Assembly: GCA_003280965.1 (NCBI GenBank)
Contig: QCDI01000012.1
Coordinates: 1 to 33,868, forward strand
Origin: Prochlorococcus sp. AG-355-B18
Lineage (GTDB): Bacteria; Cyanobacteriota; Cyanobacteriia; PCC-6307; Cyanobiaceae
Direction of reading: 5' to 3'
Length of the DNA stretch: 33,868 bases
Of this stretch, positions 26,033 to 33,868 are shown piece after piece (position 1 is the first letter of the stretch; every line of letters starts with the position of its first letter). The position numbers and the translations under genes are program-made. Below the pieces are notes generated by a model. That model did no database searches, was not told where the DNA came from, and saw nothing but the letters and a program-made list of their open reading frames with translations.

Positions 26033-27778
26033 TTAGCTTTTAACAATGTTAGTGGCTATTTCTCTTTCCCAAAGTTTTTTATAGAGTCCTTTCACTTTTA
26101 CTAAATCCTTATGATTACCTTCCTGTACTATTCTTCCTTTATCCATTACTAAAACTCTGTCACAAGTAGCAGCTACAGATAGTTGGTGACTAATCATTAA
26201 AATTGTTTTATTACTTCTTTCTCTCATTTCATCTATTATTCTTGCAGCAGTTTTATTATCGACGCTTGCTAAAGCATCATCAAGAACGACAATTGGAGAG
26301 TTAACTAGTAAAGCTCTTCCAAGTGCTGTCCTTTGCCTTTGTCCGCCACTTAGTGTAATACCTCTTTCACCTACAATTGTTTTAAACTTTTGTGGGAAAT
26401 TATTAATATCATCAATCATCCCAGCCTTAGTGGCACTATCTTTTACTAATTTCTTAGAAGCTTTGGGTTCTCCAAATCGTAGGTTTTCTGAGATTGTAGA
26501 AGTAAATAAGAAAGCTTCTTGCGGAACTATTGCAATATTTTTTCTAAGATCTTCTAATTTAATAGTTTTTACATCAATTTCATCTAGGAATAATTGCCCA
26601 TCTGGAATTTCTATCGTTCTTCCTAGAGACTTTGCTAATGTCGTTTTTCCACAACCTACAGGCCCAACTATTGCAATTAGTTCTCCAGGGAAAATTTTAA
26701 AACTGAGACCATTTAATGAATTAAATTTTGATCCCGGATAACTTATGGTTAAGTCTTTAGCTTCTAACAATCCTTTTAATTTTTTCCTTAAAAATTTAGT
26801 GTTTTCCCCATCTACAATACTTGGATTGTTTTGAAAAATTTCTTCTACACGATCTAAACTTACTTGACCAAGTTGAAAAGTATTCAATGTAAAACCCAAT
26901 AATGCTGTAGGGAAAACAAGCCTTTCCACGTAAAGAATTAAAGCCACTAAACCACCTATTGAAATAAATCCACTCTCTAGTTGAAAAGTTCCTAATCCTA
27001 ATAAAATTAATAATGATATTGAGGAAATACCTTGCAGTAATGGGAATAGGGTACTTGCTGTTCTTGCAAGTTTTATCGCTGAATTTCGATAAGCATTGTT
27101 ATGAATATTAAATTCTTTCTTTTCAGCATTTTCTTGTGCGTAAATTTTGATAGCGCTTATTCCAGAAAGATCTTCTTGTATAAGATCACTTAGTTTTGAT
27201 AATGATTCTTGTTGCGCTTTTCTTTGATTAACCATTTTACCGCCGAATAAGCTTACAATTCCAAGGATTAATGGAAATATCATTAAAGCGGAAATTGTTA
27301 GTGTTTTGTTAATCGAAAACATCGAGGGAATAGTTAGGGAATAAGCTAATACAATGTTGCATAAACTTAAAACCGTAAAACCTAGAAGCCTTCTTATATT
27401 TTCAACATCACTAGTAGCTCTACTAATAATGTCTCCACTCCCTTTTTTTTGAATCCATTCTGGGTCTTGAATAAGTAAATGATCGAAAAGTTTCTGACGT
27501 AGATTCACCTCTACCTTTCGACCTATACCAAAAACAATCTGTCTAGAAAAAAGTCTGATTAAACCCATACACGTAGCTAATAAAATTAACCACAATGATT
27601 TTGAAATCACAAAATCTGAAGAGAACCCATTTTGTAATTGGTCGATTATGTTTTTTACTTCTAAAGGTATTACAACACTCAATATGTTTACTGCCAAAAG
27701 AGCTAATGCTCCGTATAGAAATTCTTTTTTGTATGGTCTGAGGTATTTAGATATAACTTTAATCTTTAAATTTTTCAT
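26033..27778 (-). CDS. ABC exporter, fused TMD-NBD (multidrug/MsbA-like)
   Basis: N-terminal multi-TM domain, GPVGCGKT, LSGGQRQR, VVLDDALASVD. Confidence 0.93.
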   Translation of the reverse strand: MKNLKIKVISKYLRPYKKEFLYGALALLAVNILSVVIPLEVKNIIDQLQNGFSSDFVISKSLWLILLATCMGLIRLFSRQIVFGIGRKVEVNLRQKLFDHLLIQDPEWIQKKGSGDIISRATSDVENIRRLLGFTVLSLCNIVLAYSLTIPSMFSINKTLTISALMIFPLILGIVSLFGGKMVNQRKAQQESLSKLSDLIQEDLSGISAIKIYAQENAEKKEFNIHNNAYRNSAIKLARTASTLFPLLQGISSISLLILLGLGTFQLESGFISIGGLVALILYVERLVFPTALLGFTLNTFQLGQVSLDRVEEIFQNNPSIVDGENTKFLRKKLKGLLEAKDLTISYPGSKFNSLNGLSFKIFPGELIAIVGPVGCGKTTLAKSLGRTIEIPDGQLFLDEIDVKTIKLEDLRKNIAIVPQEAFLFTSTISENLRFGEPKASKKLVKDSATKAGMIDDINNFPQKFKTIVGERGITLSGGQRQRTALGRALLVNSPIVVLDDALASVDNKTAARIIDEMRERSNKTILMISHQLSVAATCDRVLVMDKGRIVQEGNHKDLVKVKGLYKKLWEREIATNIVKS

Positions 27779-27859
27779 TTAATTTTGCCGATATGATTAA
27801 GATAATGTTTCATTTTTAAATATGTGAGCTAATTTTATAAATGATTCAGTTTTTTATTT

Positions 27860-28156
27860 ATGAGTAACGAACAAACTCATCCTTTACATGCCACAGACAG
27901 AAATATTATAGATTCTCTTATTACAAAAGAAAAACCAGAAGATCTTGACTTTATTAATCTAGCTAGGTTAATAAATCGCTATACTGGTTTCCCCGGTGAA
28001 ATAGAAATTAAAAACGATATTGATAAAATTTTAAAATTTTGGAAAATTACTAAAAATGAACTTTTTTCAAAAACAAAAATTATTTGGTCAAAAAGCTTCA
28101 GACCTTCTAACACAAATAAAGATTTAGTAGGTTCAGGTTTTGATACTTCAAATTAA
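27860..28156 (+). CDS. DUF3288 family protein
   Basis: EQTHPL...DR, LARL..RY.GFPG pattern. Confidence 0.78.
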   Translation: MSNEQTHPLHATDRNIIDSLITKEKPEDLDFINLARLINRYTGFPGEIEIKNDIDKILKFWKITKNELFSKTKIIWSKSFRPSNTNKDLVGSGFDTSN

Positions 28157-28187
28157 ATTTATCTGCATAATTTCCTTTATTAAATAA

Positions 28188-29225
28188 ATGTCTTCAAATT
28201 TATCGAACGTTGAAATTTTAAATATTTTGTTAGAAGGGAGAGACCTTGATGACTTAACTTCAAGATCATTAATGCAAAGGTGGCTTAATGATGAAATATC
28301 AGATGTACAAACAGGAGCTTTTTTGAGCGTCTTGAGGACTAAAGGGTGTACTGGAACTGAATTGTGTTCTATGGCGGAGGAACTCTTAAATGTATGCGAA
28401 TTACCAGTAGCAAGGCCAAATTTATATATGGTGGATACTTGTGGTACTGGAGGAGATGGAGCTAATACCTTTAATATTTCCACTGCAGTAGCGTTTGTAG
28501 CTGCATCTTGTGGTGTAAATATCGCCAAACACGGTAATAAAAGTGCTAGTGGTAAAGTAGGTTCTGCGGATGTTTTGTTGAATCTTGGTTTAAATTTAAA
28601 TTGTTCATTAGAAAAAGTAATCTCTGCCGTGAATGAGATAGGAGTAACTTTTTTATTTGCGCCTGTTTGGCATAGATCTTTAATAAAACTTGCCCCATTA
28701 AGAAAGGCTCTTGGAATAAGGACTGTATTTAATCAACTTGGTCCATTGGTAAATCCCTTAAGACCCAACGCGCAAGTTTTAGGTGTGGCAACAGAGGATC
28801 TTTTAGAGCCAATGGGAAGTGCTCTTTTAAAAATGGGTATGGATAGAGTAATAGTAGTTCATGGATCCGGTGGCCTTGATGAAGCCTCTCTTCAAGGCGA
28901 TAATAAATTAGTATTTGTTGAAAATGGTAAATTACGATTTTCAAAAATAAATATTTCAGATTTTAGTCATGAAAACATATCAAACGAAAAGCTTGTAGTC
29001 TCAGATTCTGAATCTAACGAAGAAATATTAAAGTCTGTCTTAAATGGTTCTGGGCAAAATCCTCATAAATATGTTGTTGCATTGAATACTGCATTAGTCC
29101 TCTGGACAGCTGGATTAGAGGATGATTTGCATGAAGGTTTTAATAAAGCTTTATTTTCAATTAATCAAGGAAAACCTTGGGAAAAATTTTTACTCTTAAA
29201 AACTTATTTATCCTCAGATGAATAA
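28188..29225 (+). CDS. trpD: Anthranilate phosphoribosyltransferase
   Basis: [39 protein letters not shown]. Confidence 0.97.
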   Translation: MSSNLSNVEILNILLEGRDLDDLTSRSLMQRWLNDEISDVQTGAFLSVLRTKGCTGTELCSMAEELLNVCELPVARPNLYMVDTCGTGGDGANTFNISTAVAFVAASCGVNIAKHGNKSASGKVGSADVLLNLGLNLNCSLEKVISAVNEIGVTFLFAPVWHRSLIKLAPLRKALGIRTVFNQLGPLVNPLRPNAQVLGVATEDLLEPMGSALLKMGMDRVIVVHGSGGLDEASLQGDNKLVFVENGKLRFSKINISDFSHENISNEKLVVSDSESNEEILKSVLNGSGQNPHKYVVALNTALVLWTAGLEDDLHEGFNKALFSINQGKPWEKFLLLKTYLSSDE

Positions 29226-29236
29226 ATTTTAAATTC

Positions 29237-30376
29237 ATGATTAATCCTTATATGAAAAATGCAAAGTTAGTTTTAAGTAATGGAATTATATTCCCTGGAT
29301 TTTCTTTTGGAGCTTCAGGTACTGCTGTAGGGGAAATAGTTTTTAATACTGGAATGACAGGATATCAGGAAGTTATTACCGATCCAAGTTACTACGGGCA
29401 AATATTAACATTCACTTATCCAGAAATTGGAAATACTGGTATTAACCTTGAAGATTCAGAATCTTGTAATACTGTTAAAGGAATAATTGTTAGAAATTAT
29501 TCGTCTAACAATAGTAATTGGAGATCTTTAAAAAATTTTAATCAATGGTTATTAGAAAATAATATTATTGGTCTTTATGGAATTGATACAAGGGCTCTTG
29601 TTAAAATATTAAGATCTAATGGCTCTATGAATGGAATTCTTACTTCTGAAAATAAATCTGCAGAAAACTGCTTAGAGATTATTGCCCAAACGCCAAAAAT
29701 GGAGGGGTTGAATTTATCTAAAGTAGTTTCCACAAAACAAAAATATTTATGGCAAAAGCCTACAGAAACAGATTTTGACCGTAGAACAATACATTCAAAT
29801 AATTTTAATAAATTAAAGATTGTTGCAATTGATTTTGGAATAAAAAAATCGATTTTAAATAGATTAGTTTCCCATGGTTGTGAAATTATAGTTTTACCTT
29901 CCCGATCAACTTTAAATGATGTTCTAGAAAATAAGCCTGATGGTGTATTTTTCTCTAATGGTCCCGGCGATCCCTCTTCAGTTTCTGAAGGTATAAATTT
30001 AGCAAAATCTCTTATCGAACATGGTGAAATACCTATGTTCGGAATTTGTCTTGGCCATCAAATATTTGGATTAGCTTTAGGAGCTTCAACTTTTAAACTT
30101 CCTTTTGGACATCGAGGTTTAAACCATCCTTGTGGTGAGAATAATCTGATTGAAATAACAAGTCAGAACCATGGTTTTGCTATTGACCCTAATTCTCTCC
30201 CAAAAGATTTAGCCAAAATAACTCATTATAACCTTAATGATAGTACAGTTGCCGGATTGGAAGTTATTAACAAGCCAATATTTAGCGTGCAATATCATCC
30301 AGAGGCAGGACCTGGTCCACATGATTCAGATTATTTGTTTAAAAAATTTGTTTCCTTAATGTTAGAAAGATGTTGA
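29237..30376 (+). CDS. carA: Carbamoyl-phosphate synthase small subunit
   Basis: GEIVFNTGMTGYQE, SNGPGDP, GICLGHQ, SQNHGF, QYHPEAGPGPHD. Confidence 0.98.
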   Translation: MINPYMKNAKLVLSNGIIFPGFSFGASGTAVGEIVFNTGMTGYQEVITDPSYYGQILTFTYPEIGNTGINLEDSESCNTVKGIIVRNYSSNNSNWRSLKNFNQWLLENNIIGLYGIDTRALVKILRSNGSMNGILTSENKSAENCLEIIAQTPKMEGLNLSKVVSTKQKYLWQKPTETDFDRRTIHSNNFNKLKIVAIDFGIKKSILNRLVSHGCEIIVLPSRSTLNDVLENKPDGVFFSNGPGDPSSVSEGINLAKSLIEHGEIPMFGICLGHQIFGLALGASTFKLPFGHRGLNHPCGENNLIEITSQNHGFAIDPNSLPKDLAKITHYNLNDSTVAGLEVINKPIFSVQYHPEAGPGPHDSDYLFKKFVSLMLERC

Positions 30377-30440
30377 CATATCGTTTTATTTTGATTTGAT
30401 AATTACATTTGATACATTAATTTTTTGGAGGAACTAGATC

Positions 30441-30803
30441 ATAGAAGATTTCCAGAAGCTAACTGTTTCTTTAAGAGGAAACCTTGAGGTCAAAACAAAT
30501 ATTATTGTTTTTACTTTTAAAGGGCAACTTGATGCATTCTCAGAAAAACAATTTAAAACTTTTGTTTCTAATAATTTAGGTAATGAGCTACCATTTGTTA
30601 TTGATCTTACTAAAATTGATTTTGTAGATTCTTCTGGTCTTGGTGCCCTTGTTCAGACTGCTAAAGAAAGTAAAAAGTTAAAGTTAGGGTTTTCAATTGT
30701 TGGGAATTCGAGAGTTGCTCAAACTATTAAACTTGTACGTTTAGGGGATTTTCTTAATTTAAAGTCGAGTCTTGAAGATGCATTAACTTATTTGAAAAAT
30801 TGA
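30441..30803 (+). CDS. STAS-domain anti-sigma factor antagonist (about 120 aa), non-canonical start (not in ORF track)
   Basis: Open frame IEDFQKLTVSLRG...GQLDAFSE...IDLTKIDFVDSSGLGALV...QTIKLVRL...TGA. In-frame TAG at 30435; GGAGG at 30427-30431, then ATC (30438) and ATA (30441). Confidence 0.88.
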   Translation: MEDFQKLTVSLRGNLEVKTNIIVFTFKGQLDAFSEKQFKTFVSNNLGNELPFVIDLTKIDFVDSSGLGALVQTAKESKKLKLGFSIVGNSRVAQTIKLVRLGDFLNLKSSLEDALTYLKN

Positions 30804-31198
30804 ATTATTGGATTCAAAATTTGGTTCCATATGGGTCTCCTGAAGAAATCGGTGTTATTCAACTTGCTTGGCTTGGTGATTCGGTATGGGAACTTCACCA
30901 AAGACTGAGACATGTCCATTTCCCATTGAAATCAAAAGAACTCCACTTATCTGTAGTAAACGAAGTAAAAGCAAAATCGCAATCTAAATCTTTAAGTCAA
31001 ATTGAACATTTATTAAACGAAAATGAAATGAATTTAATTAGACGTGCTAGAAACAAAATAAAGAGATTTCCAAAGTCTTCGGATCCCATAATATATTCAA
31101 GAGCAACTGGTTTTGAAACACTAATTGGTTGGCTATTTCTGAAGGATCCTCAAAGATTATCAAAACTTTTTGAATATCTTGAAATTAAAATGAATTGA
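30800..31198 (+). CDS. mrnC: Mini-ribonuclease III
   Basis: LAWLGDSVWEL, RRARN, YSRATGFETLIGWL; the TTG start overlaps the STAS stop. Confidence 0.9.
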   Translation: MNYWIQNLVPYGSPEEIGVIQLAWLGDSVWELHQRLRHVHFPLKSKELHLSVVNEVKAKSQSKSLSQIEHLLNENEMNLIRRARNKIKRFPKSSDPIIYSRATGFETLIGWLFLKDPQRLSKLFEYLEIKMN

Positions 31199-31202
31199 AT
31201 TA

Positions 31203-32204
31203 ATGAAAAACTCCTCAAAAAAAAATTTATTTGAAAAAAATAATAAATACAAAAATAGCTCAGATTCTAAAAGCAACTCTAAAAATATAAATTCTTCGAA
31301 AAAAAATAATAGATTTTCCCTAAAATCTTCCAAAAACAAAGGAGTTAACAATTTTAATTCATTAAATAAAAATAATTTTTCAACTTTAAAAACAAGTAAG
31401 CCAACACATAAATCTAATTTAGAAGCTTTGAATAAAAGTCAAGATATTTATCAAGAGCATTCAAATAAAAAAAATTTTGATGATTGGATATGGGGAAAAC
31501 ACTCAGTATTTGAGGCGCTTATTAGCGAACGACCTATTAATAGGATTTGGTGTACAACTGAAATTTTTTCTTCTGAGAAATTCTATATCTTACTAAAGAA
31601 CCTTAAATCAAAAGGCGTCCTCGTTGAAGAAGTTTCTTGGATTAGGCTTTCTCAATTGACATTTAACGCTTCACATCAAGGTGTGGTGTTGCAGCTGGCA
31701 AGCTCTAAAACAATATCTCTAGAAAAATTAATCGATTTTTCTAAAAAAAGTTCAGCATATCCCATTATTCTGGCTTTAGATGGAATAACTGATCCACATA
31801 ATGTTGGTGCAATTATAAGATCAGCAGAAGCATTTGACTGTAAAGGTATTATCATTCCTCAAAGAAGATCTGCTGGCTTAACAGGAACAGTTGCCAAGGT
31901 TGCCGCTGGAGCATTGGAACATTTGCCAGTTAGTAGGGTTGTTAATTTAAATAGGGCACTCGATGAGATGAAGAAACATGGTTTTCTTGTTATGGGGTTA
32001 TCTGGAGATGGTAAATTATCGATATCAAAGTTTCATGAAAAAACCCCCTTGGTTGTAATAGTTGGGGCTGAAGATAAAGGCATATCTTTACTCACACAAA
32101 AAAAGTGCGATTTTCTTGTAAAGATCCCTCTTAAAGGTAAAACATCAAGTTTAAATGCATCAGTCGCAGCTGCTATATCACTATTTCATTTGTCAAGTAA
32201 TTGA
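31203..32204 (+). CDS. rlmB: 23S rRNA (G2251-2'-O)-methyltransferase
   Basis: WGKHSV, HQGV, LDGITDPHNVGAIIRSA, GAEDKG, SLNASVA; K/N/S-rich N-terminal extension. Confidence 0.94.
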   Translation: MKNSSKKNLFEKNNKYKNSSDSKSNSKNINSSKKNNRFSLKSSKNKGVNNFNSLNKNNFSTLKTSKPTHKSNLEALNKSQDIYQEHSNKKNFDDWIWGKHSVFEALISERPINRIWCTTEIFSSEKFYILLKNLKSKGVLVEEVSWIRLSQLTFNASHQGVVLQLASSKTISLEKLIDFSKKSSAYPIILALDGITDPHNVGAIIRSAEAFDCKGIIIPQRRSAGLTGTVAKVAAGALEHLPVSRVVNLNRALDEMKKHGFLVMGLSGDGKLSISKFHEKTPLVVIVGAEDKGISLLTQKKCDFLVKIPLKGKTSSLNASVAAAISLFHLSSN

Positions 32205-32325
32205 GTATATTCGTTCAAAAGACTTTATTTAATCTTTTCTAGAATATTGTTATTTCAATATATTTATATAATAAATAAATATTTATTGAATTTTTACTAC
32301 AAAATTGTATAGAATTTAACAAGAA

Positions 32326-32565
32326 TTGATTGTCTTTAGGCCAATTAAATTGATTAGAAATTTTGGAAACAAACTCGGGCTAGCTTGGTGGGCTAAAATC
32401 GAAACGCTAAATCCTAATGCCACATACTGGTACGGTCCATTTCTTAGTAAACGTAATTTAGAAGATAATATATTTTCTTTTATTAAAGATCTTTCTGATG
32501 AAGGTTCTACAGACATTAAACACAGTTTAGTTCGTGGCAAAAAAGAAGAGCCATTAACTGTTTGA
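32326..32565 (+). CDS. DUF1816 family protein
   Basis: LGLAWWAKIET..P..TYWYGPF; the start may instead be the TTG at 32350. Confidence 0.8.
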   Translation: MIVFRPIKLIRNFGNKLGLAWWAKIETLNPNATYWYGPFLSKRNLEDNIFSFIKDLSDEGSTDIKHSLVRGKKEEPLTV

Positions 32566-32596
32566 TAATTATTAATACTAGTAACCAACTTAAGAA

Positions 32597-33868
32597 ATGA
32601 ATTTTAATTCTTTAAGAAAAGAAATTAATAGTAGAAATTCTTCTGTTAAAGAATTAATAAATGAATTTTTTTTAAAAATTGACTCCAAAGACCCAGAAAT
32701 TAATTCATACATATGTCTCACAAAAGATAATGCAATCGCTCAAGCAGAAAATATAGACAAATTAATACAAAATAAAGAAACACTTCCTCCTCTAGCGGGA
32801 TTGCCCATAGCAATTAAAGACAATATTTGTACCAAGGGAGTTACGACCACTTGTGCAAGTAAAATGCTCAAAAACTTTATTGCACCCTATGAATCTACTG
32901 CCTCAAATAAATTATGGTCTTCAGGTGGTATTTGTTTAGGAAAAACAAATTTGGATGAATTTGCAATGGGAAGTTCAACTGAAACCTCTGTATTTGGAGT
33001 TACATCAAATCCTTGGGATAAAAGTAGAGTTCCTGGTGGAAGTTCAGGTGGCAGTGCTGCCTCAGTTGCTGCAGGATTGTGTGCAGCTGCCATAGGTTCT
33101 GATACTGGTGGTTCAATAAGACAACCAGCTTCTTTTTGTGGTGTCGTAGGACTTAAACCTACCTATGGAAGGGTAAGTAGATGGGGACTGATAGCATTTG
33201 CTAGCTCTCTTGATCAAATAGGCCCAATAACAAATACTGTTTCAGATGCTGCCGAAATTCTTTATTCAATATCTGGTAAAGACCCCTTGGATTCAACATG
33301 TCTTGATAAACCGGTACCAAATTATTTGAGTGATTTAAATAAATCTATAAAGAATTTAAAAATTGGGATCATTAGAGAATGTCTTGAACATCCAGGCCTT
33401 AATCCAGAAGTCAAAGAATCTGTTCTTTCTGCAGTGCAAAGATTTAAAAATCTAGGAGCAGAAATTAACGAAGTTGAATGCCCTAGGTTTAACGATGGAA
33501 TTGCCACTTACTATGTAATCGCTCCATCTGAAGCATCTGCAAATTTAGCTAGATATGATGGAGTTAAATATGGTTACAGATCTAATGAAGCTTCTAATCT
33601 TTTAGAAATGACTTCTAAAAGTAGAGCCGAAGGATTTGGCGATGAGGTACAAAGAAGAATTTTGATAGGAACTTATGCACTGTCAGCAGGATATAGTGAT
33701 GCGTACTATAAAAAAGCACAAAAAGTAAGAACACTAATAAGAAAAGATTTTGATAATTCTTTTAAGAAAGTAGATATTTTATTGACTCCGACTTGCCCAA
33801 CTACCGCTTTTTTGAAAGGAGATTTTGTTAATGATCCGCTATCTATGTATTTGTCTGATCTGTTAACT
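32597..33868 (+). CDS. gatA: Asp/Glu-tRNA amidotransferase subunit A, 3'-truncated by the window edge (not in ORF track)
   Basis: ATG at 32597 ([10 protein letters not shown]...), [66 protein letters not shown]. Confidence 0.97.
   Translation, partial: MNFNSLRKEINSRNSSVKELINEFFLKIDSKDPEINSYICLTKDNAIAQAENIDKLIQNKETLPPLAGLPIAIKDNICTKGVTTTCASKMLKNFIAPYESTASNKLWSSGGICLGKTNLDEFAMGSSTETSVFGVTSNPWDKSRVPGGSSGGSAASVAAGLCAAAIGSDTGGSIRQPASFCGVVGLKPTYGRVSRWGLIAFASSLDQIGPITNTVSDAAEILYSISGKDPLDSTCLDKPVPNYLSDLNKSIKNLKIGIIRECLEHPGLNPEVKESVLSAVQRFKNLGAEINEVECPRFNDGIATYYVIAPSEASANLARYDGVKYGYRSNEASNLLEMTSKSRAEGFGDEVQRRILIGTYALSAGYSDAYYKKAQKVRTLIRKDFDNSFKKVDILLTPTCPTTAFLKGDFVNDPLSMYLSDLLT

Noticed and set aside
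31203..31480. K/N/S-rich N-terminal extension of RlmB
   Set aside because: Low-complexity basic extensions are usual in cyanobacterial RlmB; no repeat structure or separate domain is visible.
26430..33507. Track ORFs 26430-26741, 28148-28528, 28729-28944, 31160-31351, 32316-32588, 32887-33093 and 33322-33507
   Set aside because: Antisense shadows of the ABC exporter, trpD, rlmB, DUF1816 and gatA.
1..33868. CRISPR array, integrase/transposase, prophage or known defence system
   Set aside because: No spaced repeats, recombinase motifs, att duplications or recognisable defence domains seen by eye.

Overview
Very AT-rich, densely packed chromosome segment. Gene content and order match a high-light Prochlorococcus (inferred, not database-checked). 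Left to right: (1) an iron and pigment block with ferritin (5'-truncated), a Crp/Fnr (IdiB-like) regulator plus partner gene behind two Fur-box-like operators, an orphan ABC ATPase and a Rieske oxygenase that is probably chlorophyllide a oxygenase; (2) a ~3.8 kb islet of small hypothetical genes (4.1-7.9 kb), including an RHH DNA-binding protein flanked by repeated palindromes and several microproteins missing from the ORF track; (3) a nitrogen block with urtABCDE (NtcA promoter), ureEFG/ureDABC, an apparently complete glucosylglycerate synthesis and recycling cluster, and DUF1830; (4) unlisted ndhP, uppP, tRNA-Pro(GGG), msrA, an ABC exporter, trpD, carA, a STAS protein with no canonical start codon overlapping Mini-RNase III, rlmB and gatA (3'-truncated). 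I saw no integrase, transposase, CRISPR array or recognisable defence system. The most interesting items are regulatory: the Fur operators, the RHH operator array, the non-AUG STAS-mrnC-rlmB unit and degron-tailed microproteins.
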